64,000 bases of DNA from contig CAVXYC010000032.1 in the NCBI GenBank assembly GCA_963765765.1, positions 128,001-192,000 on the forward strand, in the 5' to 3' direction. Origin of the DNA: an uncultured Chloroflexia bacterium. GTDB taxonomy: Bacteria > Chloroflexota > UBA6077 > JACCZL01. The notes beneath the pieces are model-generated. The model was not told the DNA's origin. It worked only from the letters and a program-made list of their open reading frames with translations, and searched no databases. Below are positions 30,151-41,454 of this stretch, piece by piece (the first letter of the stretch is position 1; each line of letters begins with the position of its first letter). The position numbers were made by a program, and so were the translations under genes.

Positions 30151-30603
30151 ATGCAGCCCACACCGCCTGGCTGGCCGCGAATCTCATCGGCTCTCTTCTA
30201 CCAAGACGCATCAAAGGCGATCGACTGGCTCTGTGAAGCATTCGGATTCGAGGTCCGTCTCAAGATCGAAGCCGATGACGGGAAGATCGAGCATTCAGAG
30301 CTTACCTATGGCGATGGACTCATCATGGTGGGCGACGTGAGTCGTGCCCGGGCTCAGGGGAGGAAGACGTCGGAAGCCAGTCCGCGCATGATCGACGGAG
30401 TGAACACACAGAGTCTCTGCGTGGTTGTTGACGATGCGGACGCGCATTGCGCGCATTCCCGAGCTTTCGGAGCCACCATCCTGCAGGAACCCTCAACCAC
30501 CGACTACGGCGCGGATTACTGGGTGGATCGGACCTACTCAGCCGAAGATCTAGAGGGGCATCGCTGGTGGTTCATGCAGCGCATGAGCCCGCCAAAATCG
30601 TAA
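30151..30603 (+). CDS. VOC family protein (PhnB-like)
   Basis: YQDASKAIDWLCEAFGF...HSEL.YG...DLEGHRWWF. Confidence 0.85.
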   Translation: MQPTPPGWPRISSALFYQDASKAIDWLCEAFGFEVRLKIEADDGKIEHSELTYGDGLIMVGDVSRARAQGRKTSEASPRMIDGVNTQSLCVVVDDADAHCAHSRAFGATILQEPSTTDYGADYWVDRTYSAEDLEGHRWWFMQRMSPPKS

Positions 30604-30604
30604 A

Positions 30605-30776
30605 GCACATGTAATGAGCGCTTCAGCGCGTTTCCTGCTGACGGGTAGCGAGCGGAGCGATGCGGCCTTCGACCGCTTGGATGTGATCGGTGGTGTAGGC
30701 CTTGCACGAGATCGGTGTCGCATCGCTTTGCTCGCTAGCCCTCATCCGGAAACGCGCTGAAGCGCTCACTACGTGC
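30605..30776. repeat. Long REPIN-like imperfect hairpin inside the operon
   Basis: GTAATGAGCGCTTCAGCGCGTTTCC...GGAAACGCGCTGAAGCGCTCACTAC, with further pairing TAGCGAGC.GAGCGATGCG / CGCATCGCTT.GCTCGCTA. Confidence 0.8.
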
Positions 30777-30786
30777 AACAAACCAC

Positions 30787-31119
30787 ATGGATCAAGAAAT
30801 CGATCGTACGCTCTCCGCGCTGGCGGATCCCACGCGGCGGGGCGTTATCCAACGACTGCGAGCGCGCCCACATCGGGCGGGTGAGCTTGCTGACTCGTTC
30901 TCGATGAGTCGACCCGCGATGAGCCGGCATCTGCGTGTTCTTCGGAAGGCGGGGTTGGTGGAAGAGGACGAGCTCGAGGACGACGCGCGCGTACGGCTCT
31001 ACCGACTGCGACACGAGCCATTCCTGGAGCTGCGCGCGTGGTTGGACGAGGTCGAGTCGTTCTGGGAAGACCAGCTCCAATCGTTCAAAGAGCACGTAGA
31101 GCGTCGACGGCCTTCATGA
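30787..31119 (+). CDS. ArsR/SmtB family transcriptional regulator
   Basis: ALADPTRR.....L....AGELA....SRPAMSRHLRVLRKAGLV. Confidence 0.9.
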   Translation: MDQEIDRTLSALADPTRRGVIQRLRARPHRAGELADSFSMSRPAMSRHLRVLRKAGLVEEDELEDDARVRLYRLRHEPFLELRAWLDEVESFWEDQLQSFKEHVERRRPS

Positions 31120-31622
31120 GTGACGTCCGCACCGGTCCACCCGGTGATCGCGTGACCGTGTCGGTTCAAGTGGCCGTATCGACTGATATCGCCTTCAGCG
31201 CATTCACTGAAGATATCGATCTCTGGTGGCGGCGGGGATTGCCGTATCGTGCCGGCGGGCTCGGCGGCGTGCTGCATTTCGAACCCCAGGCCGGAGGGCG
31301 AATGTATGAAACCATCGAGTCGGAGACTGGAGCTCGCATTGTGGAGAGTGGACGCATCACCGCCTGGGAGCCGCCGCGCCGGCTTGCCTTCGAGTGGAGG
31401 GCCATCAACTTCGGTCCCAACGATCGCACGATGGTTGAAGTCACCTTTGAGCCACGCGGTCGCGGAACGCTTGTAACGCTACGCCACTCTGGCTGGAGCG
31501 CCATTCCGTCAGATCACCCGGTTCGCCACGGACAGGACGTCGCAGTCTTCATGCGCGGCATGGGCATGTGGTGGGGCGACTTGATGACCGGCTTTAGAGA
31601 GCACCTAACCAAGACCGCCTAA
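31116..31622 (+). CDS. SRPBCC/Aha1 domain protein
   Basis: AFSAFTEDIDLWW...GRITAWEPPRRLAFEW...VEVTF...TLVTLRHSGW; ATGA overlap with arsR. Confidence 0.85.
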   Translation: MSDVRTGPPGDRVTVSVQVAVSTDIAFSAFTEDIDLWWRRGLPYRAGGLGGVLHFEPQAGGRMYETIESETGARIVESGRITAWEPPRRLAFEWRAINFGPNDRTMVEVTFEPRGRGTLVTLRHSGWSAIPSDHPVRHGQDVAVFMRGMGMWWGDLMTGFREHLTKTA

Positions 31623-31653
31623 ATGTCACCCCGAGTAGCCCTCCTCACTACAA

Positions 31654-32271
31654 TTGCTGATGCCCATGATTCTCCTGATCGTGTCCCTGTTTATCAGTTT
31701 GATGAGCCTGATGGATGCGCCGCCGGCAAGTGCTCAAAGCAGTGTCTATAACCTGGACTCGGCCTTACTTACGCTGGAGGACTTACCTGACGGTTGGCTT
31801 GCGAGTTTCCCTGGCGAGCAGGGCGCCTATACGACGACACGCTGCGGGCAGGACCTTACCGCTCTCTACCCAACGATCGCGCGCCAGTTCAAGCGATCCG
31901 ACCTGGGCCCCGGTCTGATACATGAGATCGTGATCGTGCCACCAGGCGAGGGTGAAGCAGTGATGGCTTCACAGCGTGAGCGATTAGGAGCATGTCCTGA
32001 ATGGGTCACGACGCAGGCTGGAAGGCCCACCCTCCGCTGGCAGGGAGCCGGAATTCCATTTCCGGAAATCTCCGACGAGGCGTTCGCGTTCAGGAGTGTC
32101 GCGCCTATGCTTCTCGTCGGCCAGGCCACGGGCGATCAAGTCACACTGAGAAGTGGAGATATCTTCAATCTCGTCACTTACGCGTCAGTTGGCACTCATG
32201 ACACCGGCGCGCTCGAGCTCTACGCGCGAGTAGCGGCGGCGAAGCTTGCGGTGAAGCTCTCTGGGTCCTAG
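31654..32271 (+). CDS. Secreted hypothetical protein (possible PknH-extracellular-like sensor fold)
   Basis: Signal peptide, ALLTLEDLPDGW, two Cys, C-terminal AAAKL. Confidence 0.55.
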   Translation: MLMPMILLIVSLFISLMSLMDAPPASAQSSVYNLDSALLTLEDLPDGWLASFPGEQGAYTTTRCGQDLTALYPTIARQFKRSDLGPGLIHEIVIVPPGEGEAVMASQRERLGACPEWVTTQAGRPTLRWQGAGIPFPEISDEAFAFRSVAPMLLVGQATGDQVTLRSGDIFNLVTYASVGTHDTGALELYARVAAAKLAVKLSGS

Positions 32272-32897
32272 GCCCCCACGGGCCACGGGGGCGGGACGAT
32301 TACGTCCTCGAAGTCTTCCTTGAGCCAGTTGCGCAGGTTGGTTCCGGGGCCAATGAGCTCGATCTGGACCATCGAGAAACCGTCGCTGACGAAAGCTGGA
32401 CGGCCCACGTTCATGGACTCGAGGATCTCCTCCGACGTACAGCCTGGCCGAAGCTGGATCACACCGTTCTCGTCAGGATCGATGCGAGCTGAGGTAATCA
32501 CGCCGCCCCGGGCTACCGCGTCCCGTAGGGATTCACGCAGGTCTGGCGCCCAGAAGCCGATGTGATTGATACCTTCCCCATACTGCTCCAGGAACCGGCT
32601 CTGAGCCGTGCGTCCTTCAATCACCTGGATAAACTCGAAGGTCTGGCCGGCGCCGCGACCATAGGCCATCAGTACCTTTCCGCCCGGTAGATCCGGATCC
32701 CACGGTACGCCGGGCGACTCGTTTTCGCGGAGGTGCCAATTGTCCACCCCCAGAAGTCGACGATAGTGCTCCATGGATGCGTGAATGTCTCGCACAACGT
32801 AGCCAAGGTGAAAGGCCTGAAGCTGGGGAGGAGGTGCGCTCATGATCTGATCTCCATACGCATTGGTGATCTCCTGGCTAGGCATACCCGTTGTCAT
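32268..32897 (-). CDS. VOC family protein (methylmalonyl-CoA epimerase-like, Glyoxalase_4)
   Basis: FHLGYVVRDI, FEFIQ, FLEQYGEGINHIGF, IELI. Confidence 0.8.
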   Translation of the reverse strand: MTTGMPSQEITNAYGDQIMSAPPPQLQAFHLGYVVRDIHASMEHYRRLLGVDNWHLRENESPGVPWDPDLPGGKVLMAYGRGAGQTFEFIQVIEGRTAQSRFLEQYGEGINHIGFWAPDLRESLRDAVARGGVITSARIDPDENGVIQLRPGCTSEEILESMNVGRPAFVSDGFSMVQIELIGPGTNLRNWLKEDFEDVIVPPPWPVGA

Positions 32898-33082
32898 GCG
32901 GGACGATCACAGTCTAGCGGCGAAATGGAGGTCCCGTCACACCGTGCCATCGCCGGTTCGCTCGTGGCGCGATTACCTCGTTCTCAACCAGAAGTACGGT
33001 GCGGTGAGTCTCTAAATCCAAGTATTCAGACGTGTGCGGTATGGGGAGCGACTCTTGCGGCGAGTATCAGTCCTGAGCTGGG

Positions 33083-33484
33083 CTAGGGATTCTCCCACAG
33101 GCAGAGGACGTTGCCTTCTGAATCCTGGATGTAGGACGAGTAGCCATAGTCTCCTACGCGCTGGCGTTCGGTGACGCGGCCTCCGCCTGCCGCGACCACC
33201 GCCTCACAGGTCTCTTCGATCGAATCCACGGTGATGATAGGGACGGGCGCCTTTACCAGCGCTGTCGCCGCGGCGATGCCTCCAACGATCTCGAGACTCG
33301 CATCGCCCATTGGCCCGTCCGATGCTGCGCTGAGCACACTGAATTGCACATCGGGTAGATCGGTGGCTTGCCATTGGAACACGGTTTCGTAAAACCGCCT
33401 GGCTCGCTCTCTATCGTGCGCCGGGATTTCAAATGTTATTCGCGCCACTTGCTGTCCCTTTATTGCGAGTTTGTCTTGAACCAA
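33083..33484 (-). CDS. VOC family protein
   Basis: FEIPAHDRERARRFYETVFQW...VDSIE...DSEGNVLCLWE. Confidence 0.85.
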   Translation of the reverse strand: MVQDKLAIKGQQVARITFEIPAHDRERARRFYETVFQWQATDLPDVQFSVLSAASDGPMGDASLEIVGGIAAATALVKAPVPIITVDSIEETCEAVVAAGGGRVTERQRVGDYGYSSYIQDSEGNVLCLWENP

Positions 33485-33650
33485 TGTCGGCTTCAGGTAG
33501 CCAGGTATGGAAGTCCCTATCGGCGAGTAACGACCACGCCATCATTCTTCGCCTGGGACTCACATTCATCATAGGCCGACGAAACACAGTGCTGGATCAC
33601 GCCCATGCGGAATCGGCGATGTGCCAGAGCCAGAATCGTGCGGGAGCGTC

Positions 33651-35042
33651 CTACTGGTTGCGGCGCAATCCCTTGGAGATCGAGCTGTCTACGGCACCTA
33701 GCGCGGCCGATTTGACCGCCTCGTAATCAGACGAAAGGATGTGCGGCCGATTTGCGTAGCGGTCGCCGATCCCCGCCAGCGTTCCCTCGTGGTAACCGAC
33801 TTTGAAGTCCGGGAACTTGAGACCATTGGCGGTGGAGATCACGACCGTCCGGTGCTGCTTCTGGATCTCGCCCTTGGCGACCAGCTTCTCCAGAACAGCC
33901 AACGCGACCCCCGTGTGCGGATCGGTAAAGAGTCCACCGCGATCGGCGCGAGCGGCGGCCTGCGCCAGCTCGTCCTCGGTGGCCTGCTCAACCACGCCGT
34001 CAAACTGCTGCACGGCGCGTTTGGCCTTCTCATAGCTCACGGGATTCCCAATCTGGATTGCCGTGGCCAGGGTTGTCCCGGCCATGATCGGCTCAAGGAA
34101 GTCGAAGCCGCGCTCGAAGCTCTGGAAGAACGGATTAGCCGCTGCCGCCTGCGCCACAGCGATGCGTGGAAGTCGATTGATGAGTCCCAGCTCGCGCATC
34201 ATCAGGAAGCCGGCCGCCAGGGCACCCGTGTTTCCCAGGTTGCCGCCAGGGATGACGACCCAATCCGGAACCTCCCAGTCGAACTGCTGGACGATCTCGA
34301 TACCGACGGTCTTCTGGCCTTCCACACGTAATGAGTTCATAGAATTGGCCAGGTATATCCCCGGCTCCCGAGCAAGCCGCTGGACCAGACTCATACAGCC
34401 ATCGAAGTCGGTCTCCACTGAGAGCACGACCGCGCCATTGGCGAGCGGCTGCACGAGCTGCGGGATACTGATCTTGTCACGCGGAAGGATGACCACGGCG
34501 GGAATGTCGGCCACCGCGCAATAGGCCGCCAATGCCGCGGAAGTATCGCCGGTGGAAGCGCATGCCACCGCCTGGATTGGAGAGCCGTCGGCGATCATCT
34601 GCTTCACAGTGGAGACCAGCACGGTCATGCCAAGATCTTTGAAGCTGCCAGTGTGGCTGTTGCCACACTGCTTGATCCACAGCTCATCCAGTCCTAGCTC
34701 GCGCCCGTAGCGCTCGGCCCAGAAGAGGTTGCTGCCACCTTCGTCTAGAGAGACAACATTGCTGTCCTCAACGTGCGGCTGCACCCACTCTTTCTTGCCC
34801 CAGACACCGCTGCCGTACGGCCAGGTGGTGCGCTTGTAGCGATCATCGAAGAGCTTCTGCCACTCGGCGGCCGTACGCTGCCGCAGTGCCTGGAGGTCGT
34901 GAGCAACCTCGAGCAGCGCTCCACACGACGGGCATCGGTAGATCACCGTGGTAAGCGGGATCTCCCCCGGGCACCCATCGATACAGCGAAACCAGGCGCG
35001 CGGGGTCACTTGAGCACGCTCGAGGAGGACGTCTACCTGCAT
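33651..35042 (-). CDS. thrC: Threonine synthase (plant-type subgroup)
   Basis: PLP Lys motif [39 protein letters not shown]; N-terminal Zn-ribbon-like Cys pairs. Confidence 0.95.
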   Translation of the reverse strand: MQVDVLLERAQVTPRAWFRCIDGCPGEIPLTTVIYRCPSCGALLEVAHDLQALRQRTAAEWQKLFDDRYKRTTWPYGSGVWGKKEWVQPHVEDSNVVSLDEGGSNLFWAERYGRELGLDELWIKQCGNSHTGSFKDLGMTVLVSTVKQMIADGSPIQAVACASTGDTSAALAAYCAVADIPAVVILPRDKISIPQLVQPLANGAVVLSVETDFDGCMSLVQRLAREPGIYLANSMNSLRVEGQKTVGIEIVQQFDWEVPDWVVIPGGNLGNTGALAAGFLMMRELGLINRLPRIAVAQAAAANPFFQSFERGFDFLEPIMAGTTLATAIQIGNPVSYEKAKRAVQQFDGVVEQATEDELAQAAARADRGGLFTDPHTGVALAVLEKLVAKGEIQKQHRTVVISTANGLKFPDFKVGYHEGTLAGIGDRYANRPHILSSDYEAVKSAALGAVDSSISKGLRRNQ

Positions 35043-35254
35043 ACATCAATTCTAATGGAGGGATCAGAGGCGAGGAGGTCTCCGCCACTACGCCAGGCCC
35101 CTGCCCGGTCCCGTCTCGGCTTGACGAGAGGCTCCGGTGGTCGTACCCTCAGCGTCACCGTTGACCCTGGAGGATCCATTGTCTCGAGAGCCGCGCTCGT
35201 GGCGCGGCACAACCACGCGCTGATCACGCGCCATCGCTGTGGCGGGAGGTTGCA

Positions 35255-36971
35255 ATGACTCGCACGCCCCTCTGGTCAGGTCCGTTTCTCACCGGTTTTC
35301 TCGCGAGCGCGGTAGTGGTGCTGGCTGCATGCCAGCCGGCCGCCCCGCCCGGGGGCGCTACCAAGAGCTCGCCAGGTGAGAAGCCGGCGGCCGGGGAGGA
35401 GCAGCCGAAGTACGGCGGCGTGGCCGTCATCGCCAATCGCGCCGATGCACCGGGCTCGTGGGACTCCATGCTGACCAGCACGATCACGCTCACCCATGTC
35501 AGTCTGGGCGTCTACGGCGAAGCGAACCTGGTGCGCCGCTGCCGCGAGGACATCTACAAGCTCTGCCCGTCGCTCGCGGAGAGCTGGGAGCCCAGCCCTG
35601 ATTTCACGCAGTGGACGTTTAAGATCCGCGACGGCGTGCTCTGGCATGACGGTACGCCCTTCACCGCCGCGGACGTCAAGTTCTGGGCGGACCTGGCATA
35701 CAACGGCGCCAAAGTGGGCGACAAGACTCGCCCTCCGGCGCTGTTCAAGGCGGAGCTAGGCGATCTCAAAAGCGTCGAGGTGATGGACGGCAACCGTGTC
35801 CGTTTCATCCTTGGCGGCCCTATTCCGTACTATCCCGACCTACTCTCCCGACCACCGGTCACCATCGCGCACCCGCGGCACATCATGGAGCCCCGTATCC
35901 AGCAAGGCGAAGTCATGATTGGTCCCGCGGACGTGGGCTGGGTCGGCCTGGGACCGTTCAAGATGGTCAAGCACGATCGCGGCAGTGTCATCGAGTTGCG
36001 CCGCTTCGATCGGTATTGGGAGCAGGACGCTCAAGGACGGCAGCTTCCTTATCTAGACGGAATCGACTTCCCGATCATCAGCGATCCAAGCGCTATGATC
36101 GCGGCTTTCCGGAGCGGCCGGCTGGACGGCGGCGCCCGCGGCGTAGGATTTGGTCTCCTACCGGACCAGCGCGCCAGCATCGAGCAATCGCTCAAGGATC
36201 AGGTCCAGTTCGTCAACATCGCCGCCTATCGCTGGGCATTTCACTTCAACACCGTCATGGTCAGCCCGTTTCAGGACGTGCGCGTGCGCAAGGCGATCTC
36301 CCTCTGGCTGGACCGGCGCCGGGATTCAGGCTGGGCTCGGCGGGTCCGGCGGCATGAGCTCGATCATGTCGCCCACCTCACCGTGGCCCAGCCCCGACTG
36401 GGCTACCTGGCCGGGGTTCAACGAACAGACCCGTGATCAGGATCGGGCGGAGGCCAAGCGCTTGCTGACCAGCGCTGGATACGGATCCGGCCTGGAGATG
36501 ATGCTGATGTGCCGGCCCGTCTGGGCGCAGGCCTGTGAGTGGCTCCAAGGGGACCTGGCCGGACTGGGCGTGCAGGTGAAATTCAATCTGCTCGATGACG
36601 CCACCTGGAACCAGCAGCAGCGCAGCACCTCGGATTGGCACATGCAACAAGCCGCGTTCACGGACCTCATCCCTGAGGGTCTGGAGCGGCAGCTTTCCAA
36701 GGCGAGCCTGAGTCCCAACGCTGCGCCAAAGCACGAAGACGATCGCCTTCCCGAGATGTTCGCGCGCTTCCGCCAGGCAAAAACCCAGGATGAGCGGCTA
36801 CAAGTAGCTCGCGATATCGAGAAGTACGTGTTGCAGGACCAGGTCTACTCAATCGTGACGTTCAACGAGCTCCAGGTGCTCCCGTACCGCTCCTACGTCA
36901 AGGGCCTCTTCGCCCCGCCCGAGGAGCTGGGCCACAACGTGGACTTCGCGACGGTATGGTTGGATAAGTAG
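35255..36971 (+). CDS. ABC transporter family 5 substrate-binding lipoprotein, frameshift at about 36318
   Basis: Lipobox LAAC, PKYGG, PSLAESWE, WHDGTPFTAADVKF, GLGPFK, PYLDGI, C-terminal VWLDK. Confidence 0.85.
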
Positions 36972-37067
36972 GGATCAGAGGTGAGAGGCTAAGGCTAGAG
37001 GTTAGGAAGCGGAGTATATCGTTGGGGACACTGGCCTCTAACCCCTGATCCCTAACCCCATCCCTAC
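36968..37067. repeat. Inverted array of degenerate heptamer repeats between convergent genes
   Basis: GGGATCA-GAGGTGA-GAGGCTA..GAGGTTA facing CCTCTAA-CCCCTGA-TCCCTAA-CCCCAT-CCCTAC. Confidence 0.55.
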
Positions 37068-38233
37068 TCATTGCCACAGCTTCTTCGAGGCGATTTGCGC
37101 GCCCTCGACCATGGCTTCAAACTTGGCCCAGCAGATCTCGGGCCCGCCCACCCGGCTACCGATTCCGCAGTCCGTGCCGGCCATCACGTTCTCTCGACCA
37201 ACCAGCGTGGCGTACCGAACGAGCCGCCTGGCCACGAGCTCCGGGTGCTCCACGAAGTCGCGAGTAGTGCCCGATCACGCCGGGAATCAGGATGGTGTCC
37301 GGAGGCAGCTCGACCTCCTCCCATACCTCGTCCTCGTGCACGTGGCGCGGGTTGGCTGCCTCGATCGAGAACGCGCCCGCGTTGATGCCCAGCACGATGT
37401 CCACGAAATCGCGCAGCGGCAAGTCGTTCTTGTGCGGCCCGTGGTAGCTGCCCCAGCACATGTGCAATCGCACGCGGTCACGGGGGATCCCGCGCAGTGC
37501 GTAGTTCAGCACCTCCGTCCGAAGGCTCGCCTCACGACGGTACTCCTCGAGGTCCATGGCTGCGGTGCACCTGCCATCCGTCCGCCAGATCCGGGTCGTC
37601 TATCTGGAGTAAGAAGCCGGCGTCGACGATGGCCTGGTACTCCTCGTGCATGGCGTCGGCAATGGCTCCCAGGAACTCCTCATCGCTTGGGTAGTAGGCA
37701 TTCTTCAGCCAGTGCTCGATAGACCCCGGGGCAACGGCCGGCAGATACAGCTCTTCTGCCTCGAGCCCCTGCGCGGCAGCCTTGAGGTTGTCGATGTCCC
37801 GCTGGACAATGGCCTGGCCCGTGTACGTGAGCGGCTCCACCGCCTGATGCACCACGCGCCGCATACCAACCGTTACACGCTGGCCGCGTCCCATGTTCGG
37901 CATTCCACCGCTGAAATACTGCGGGAAGTCGATCTGATCCCGACCCGATATCGGTGAGATGTAGGGCTGGTCAGTTGGCGCGAGACCGCCAAGGCGATCA
38001 TTCACATAATCGCTGAATGAGCTCTTGCTCATCTCGCCGTCATTGACGCTATCGATCCCGATCTCGACCTGACGTCGAACGGCGTCCTTTACGGACGAGC
38101 TCACGAGCTGCTGAAAAGCCCCCTCGTCCACGGCTTGGCCTTCCCGTTTGGTGGCGATCATTTCCCGCAGCTCCGTCGGCGCGGGCAGTGTTCCCTGGTG
38201 TGTCACGCGAATACGATCAGTGCTGCGAATCAT
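37068..38233 (-). CDS. Cobalamin-independent methionine synthase II (core MetE-like) family protein, two frameshifts
   Basis: THQGTLP, VNDGEMSK, LLQIDDP, Zn ligands HMCWG and GTDCG, PGVIGH, EHPELVA. Confidence 0.85.
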
Positions 38234-38521
38234 CTCCCGACCTCCCACGTGTGGCGACCCGGCGAGCGTACAGGGAAGTCAAGTGCTTTGCAATGGAGGC
38301 ACCGCCGTCACCAACCTCAGGAGATCAATCGACGCGCGGTCGTCGTGACCTCGCCAGGGCCAGCTAGGCTCAGCAACTCTCAGAGACAGACGGCCCGACT
38401 CGGAAAAGAGCAGCCGATTCTCCGTATTCAGCAAATCTTCAATTTTGAGCGGGTCGCCGATTCAGTACTGAGGGCTACAACCTCTTAGAATCCTGAAGAA
38501 CGACTGAGGAACCTGATCGAG

Positions 38522-39220
38522 GTGATCGAAGTGGCGGAGGTCGCTTCCACGAACGGAGTCCGCATCCTTGTTGTGGAAGACGAGGAGTCGATCCGCGACT
38601 TCGTTGAGATGGGCCTGAAGTACGAAGGCTTCGATGTTGCCCTCACGGAGGACGGCCCGGGCGCGTTGGAGGCATTCGATCGGCAACGACCCGACCTGGT
38701 GATTCTGGATCTTAATCTGCCCGGTATGGATGGGCTGGACGTTTGTCGGCAGATCCGCCGTCGCGGCGACGTACCGGTCATCATGCTTACGGCGCGCGCC
38801 GAGGTGGATGAGCGCGTGGAAGGGCTGGAGGCCGGAGCTGACGACTACCTCCCCAAGCCGTTCAAGTTCAAAGAGCTTCTCGCTCGGGTGAGGGCGGTCC
38901 TACGCCGACGTATCAGCGCCGTTGAGCGCGTCCTGCGATTCGGCCCCGTAGAGCTCAATCGCGACACCCGTGAGGTGTTTTACGATGGCCAGGGAGTGGC
39001 GTTGACCCCCCGCGAGTTCGAGCTGCTAGAGGTGTTTATGCTTCACCCCAGGCAAGTTATGACCCGCGAGGTTCTGCTGGATCGCGTATGGGGAACTGAT
39101 TATCTTGGAGATGGCAACCTCATAGAGGTGCACATCAGCGCGCTGCGCGATAAGCTAGGCGATCGAGATCGGCGCATGATACGCACCGTCAGGGGCGTCG
39201 GATACGCCCTGTCAGGTTAA
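38522..39220 (+). CDS. OmpR/PhoB family response regulator (MprA-like)
   Basis: ILVVEDE, ILDLNLPG phosphoacceptor, GADDYLPKPF, LTPREFELL, IRTVRGVGY. Confidence 0.95.
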   Translation: MIEVAEVASTNGVRILVVEDEESIRDFVEMGLKYEGFDVALTEDGPGALEAFDRQRPDLVILDLNLPGMDGLDVCRQIRRRGDVPVIMLTARAEVDERVEGLEAGADDYLPKPFKFKELLARVRAVLRRRISAVERVLRFGPVELNRDTREVFYDGQGVALTPREFELLEVFMLHPRQVMTREVLLDRVWGTDYLGDGNLIEVHISALRDKLGDRDRRMIRTVRGVGYALSG

Positions 39221-39222
39221 GT

Positions 39223-40711
39223 ATGGCGCGCATTTCGCCCGATACCTGGCCCATTCGCTGGCGCATTGCCGTGCTCAACATGAGCATCGTAGCCGTAACG
39301 CTCCTTGGCCTTGGCGCTCTGTTCCTGGCAGTACTGGACAACGCATTGGTGAACATCAGCGCCGAGTACTTACGCGATCAGGCTAGGACGGCACTGAACA
39401 TCGTGCAGGACGGCGGTCCCGGACGCGGACGTGGGGCCGCCGGCCCGCGGACCACCCTCACCCGCATCGTTTGCTCGCAGCGCAGACTTCATCGTCCGTC
39501 GACTCAGTGGTCCCGACACTGGCGTGTTCGTGTTCGACGCGTCTGCTGCGCTGGTCTCAGCCAGCGAATCACAGGAAGACATCGAGGTTTGGCCGCAGCC
39601 GCCGCGCGACTTGCTCACCACCGCGCTCAGTGGGACAGAAAGCACCATGGTGGTCTCGCAGCAGTCACGCCGGACGCTGTTGCTGCTTCTGCCGCTGCGG
39701 GGCGCTGAACGTGAGGTTATCGGAGTTATTACTCTGGCAAGCTCACTCGAGCTCGTGGAACAGCTCCAATCAACGCTGCGGACCGCTCTTGGCGCTGGCA
39801 CGTTGTTGGCCGCGTTGTTGGCAGGAGTCCTGGGGTTACGGGCCACGCGCCAGGCGTTGCGGCCGCTGGACCGCGTCGTCGCCACAGCCCGCAGCATCGC
39901 TGGCGGTAACCTGGACGTGCGACTTCGGCTGCACCGACGCGACGAGATCGGGGAGCTCGCGGAAGCGTTCGATACGATGCTCGATCGACTGGCGGCGGCA
40001 CTGAAGGCGCAACGGCGCTTCGTGGCCGACGCAGCGCACGAGCTGCGCACTCCTCTGACGGCGTTGGGTGGCATGGTTGAGATGCTGGAGATGGGGGCGG
40101 ATCGCGGCGACCGGGCCACGGTGTCACGCATGCTCCAGACGATGAATCGCGAGATCGATCGACTTGCTCGATTAGTCAGCGATTTGCTTACTCTCTCCAA
40201 GCTTGACGCTGAGCGGCCGATCGTCAACGCGCCCGTGGACCTGGCCGTATTGGTGAATGAAGTCGCTAGCCAAACTCGGCTCTTGGCTCGCGGACAGCAT
40301 GTCGATGTCACAATCGCCGACGCGCCATTAGTGACAGGCGACCAGGATCAGCTCAAGCAGGTGCTGCTGAACCTTGCGGACAATGCACTGAAGTTCACGC
40401 CACCGGGCGGCCGGATCGAGTTCCGCCTGGGAAGTGACCATGGTACCGCGACGATAGGCGTGGCGGACACGGGCAGCGGCATCCCCGCCGACGTTTTACC
40501 TCGGGTGACGGAGCGATTCGAACGCGGGGACCCATCACGATCGCGAGCAACTGGTGGTTTCGGGCTCGGCCTAGCCATCGCGCGAGACATCGTCGAAGCA
40601 CACGGCGGCCAGCTCAGCATCGAGAGCAAAGTGGGACAAGGCACGGTTGTCCACATTGCGTTGCCTCGTCAATCTTCAGCGAACCATCAGATTGTTCGAT
40701 CAGCCGCTTAA
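39223..40711 (+). CDS. HAMP sensor histidine kinase, frameshift at about 39440
   Basis: Two TM helices, HAMP DEIGELAEAF, H-box AHELRTPL, NLADNA, DTGSG, GLGLAI. Confidence 0.9.
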
Positions 40712-40801
40712 GGCTGGAGATTGACAATACATCTTGTGAGAACTGCGAGCGGACAGAATCAGCCGCCCAGGGACGCGAATGTAGCGGGAGGATGCACAGG
40801 A

Positions 40802-41392
40802 ATGGCATCTCAAGGATTGAAACGCATCATTGCCGCGGGCGCGGCAGCCGTTGTTCTCGGGGTCGCGGCCATCGGATTCGTGAATGCCGAGCCGGGGCCC
40901 GGGGGAACACCTGGCGGCCAGCGCCAAGGATTCAATCGCGAAGCGATGCAGCAACGGCACGAGCAATACCTCACGACACTTGCTGGCAAGTTGGGCGTAA
41001 GTGTGGACAAGCTTCGCCAGGCCATGTCTGACACCCATAATGAGCTTGGTGGACCTGGCGGTCCCCGCGCACACCGCGGTGGCGGAATGGGCTGGTTTGA
41101 TCTTGAGGCGGCGGCGAAAGCCATGAATATCACCCGAGACCAGCTTCGCCAGGAGCTGGCCGGGAAGACCATGGCGGCCGTAGCGGCGACACATAGCGTC
41201 CCGGCAAGCAGCGTCTCGGCCGCGATCAAGGCTGCCGCGACAACGAGGATCGACCAGGCCGTTTCCGCAAATCGCATGACCGCCGATCAGGCGTCCAAGG
41301 CAAAGGCTGAGCTCGATCAAAAGATCAACGATTTCATGAATCGTACCTTCCCCGCGGCGGGACAGCGGGGTCCTAAGCCGGCCGGTCAATAG
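40802..41392 (+). CDS. Secreted helical hypothetical protein, probable target of the two-component system
   Basis: Signal peptide; repeated LAGKLGVSVDKL / AAKAMNITRDQL helical units; Gly-rich linkers. Confidence 0.65.
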   Translation: MASQGLKRIIAAGAAAVVLGVAAIGFVNAEPGPGGTPGGQRQGFNREAMQQRHEQYLTTLAGKLGVSVDKLRQAMSDTHNELGGPGGPRAHRGGGMGWFDLEAAAKAMNITRDQLRQELAGKTMAAVAATHSVPASSVSAAIKAAATTRIDQAVSANRMTADQASKAKAELDQKINDFMNRTFPAAGQRGPKPAGQ

Positions 41393-41404
41393 GTCTGGAC
41401 CGGC

Positions 41405-41454
41405 CCATGCAGAACGGCGCGTTCCTCCTCCGCGGAACGCGCCGTTCTGCATGG
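41405..41454 (+). terminator. 21-bp perfect stem-loop after the secreted-protein gene
   Basis: CCATGCAGAACGGCGCGTTCC-loop-GGAACGCGCCGTTCTGCATGG. Confidence 0.65.

Noticed and set aside
38240-38520. Long leader of the MetE-like gene, checked for SAM or cobalamin riboswitches
   Set aside because: No SAM-I core or B12-box consensus was recognisable on either strand.
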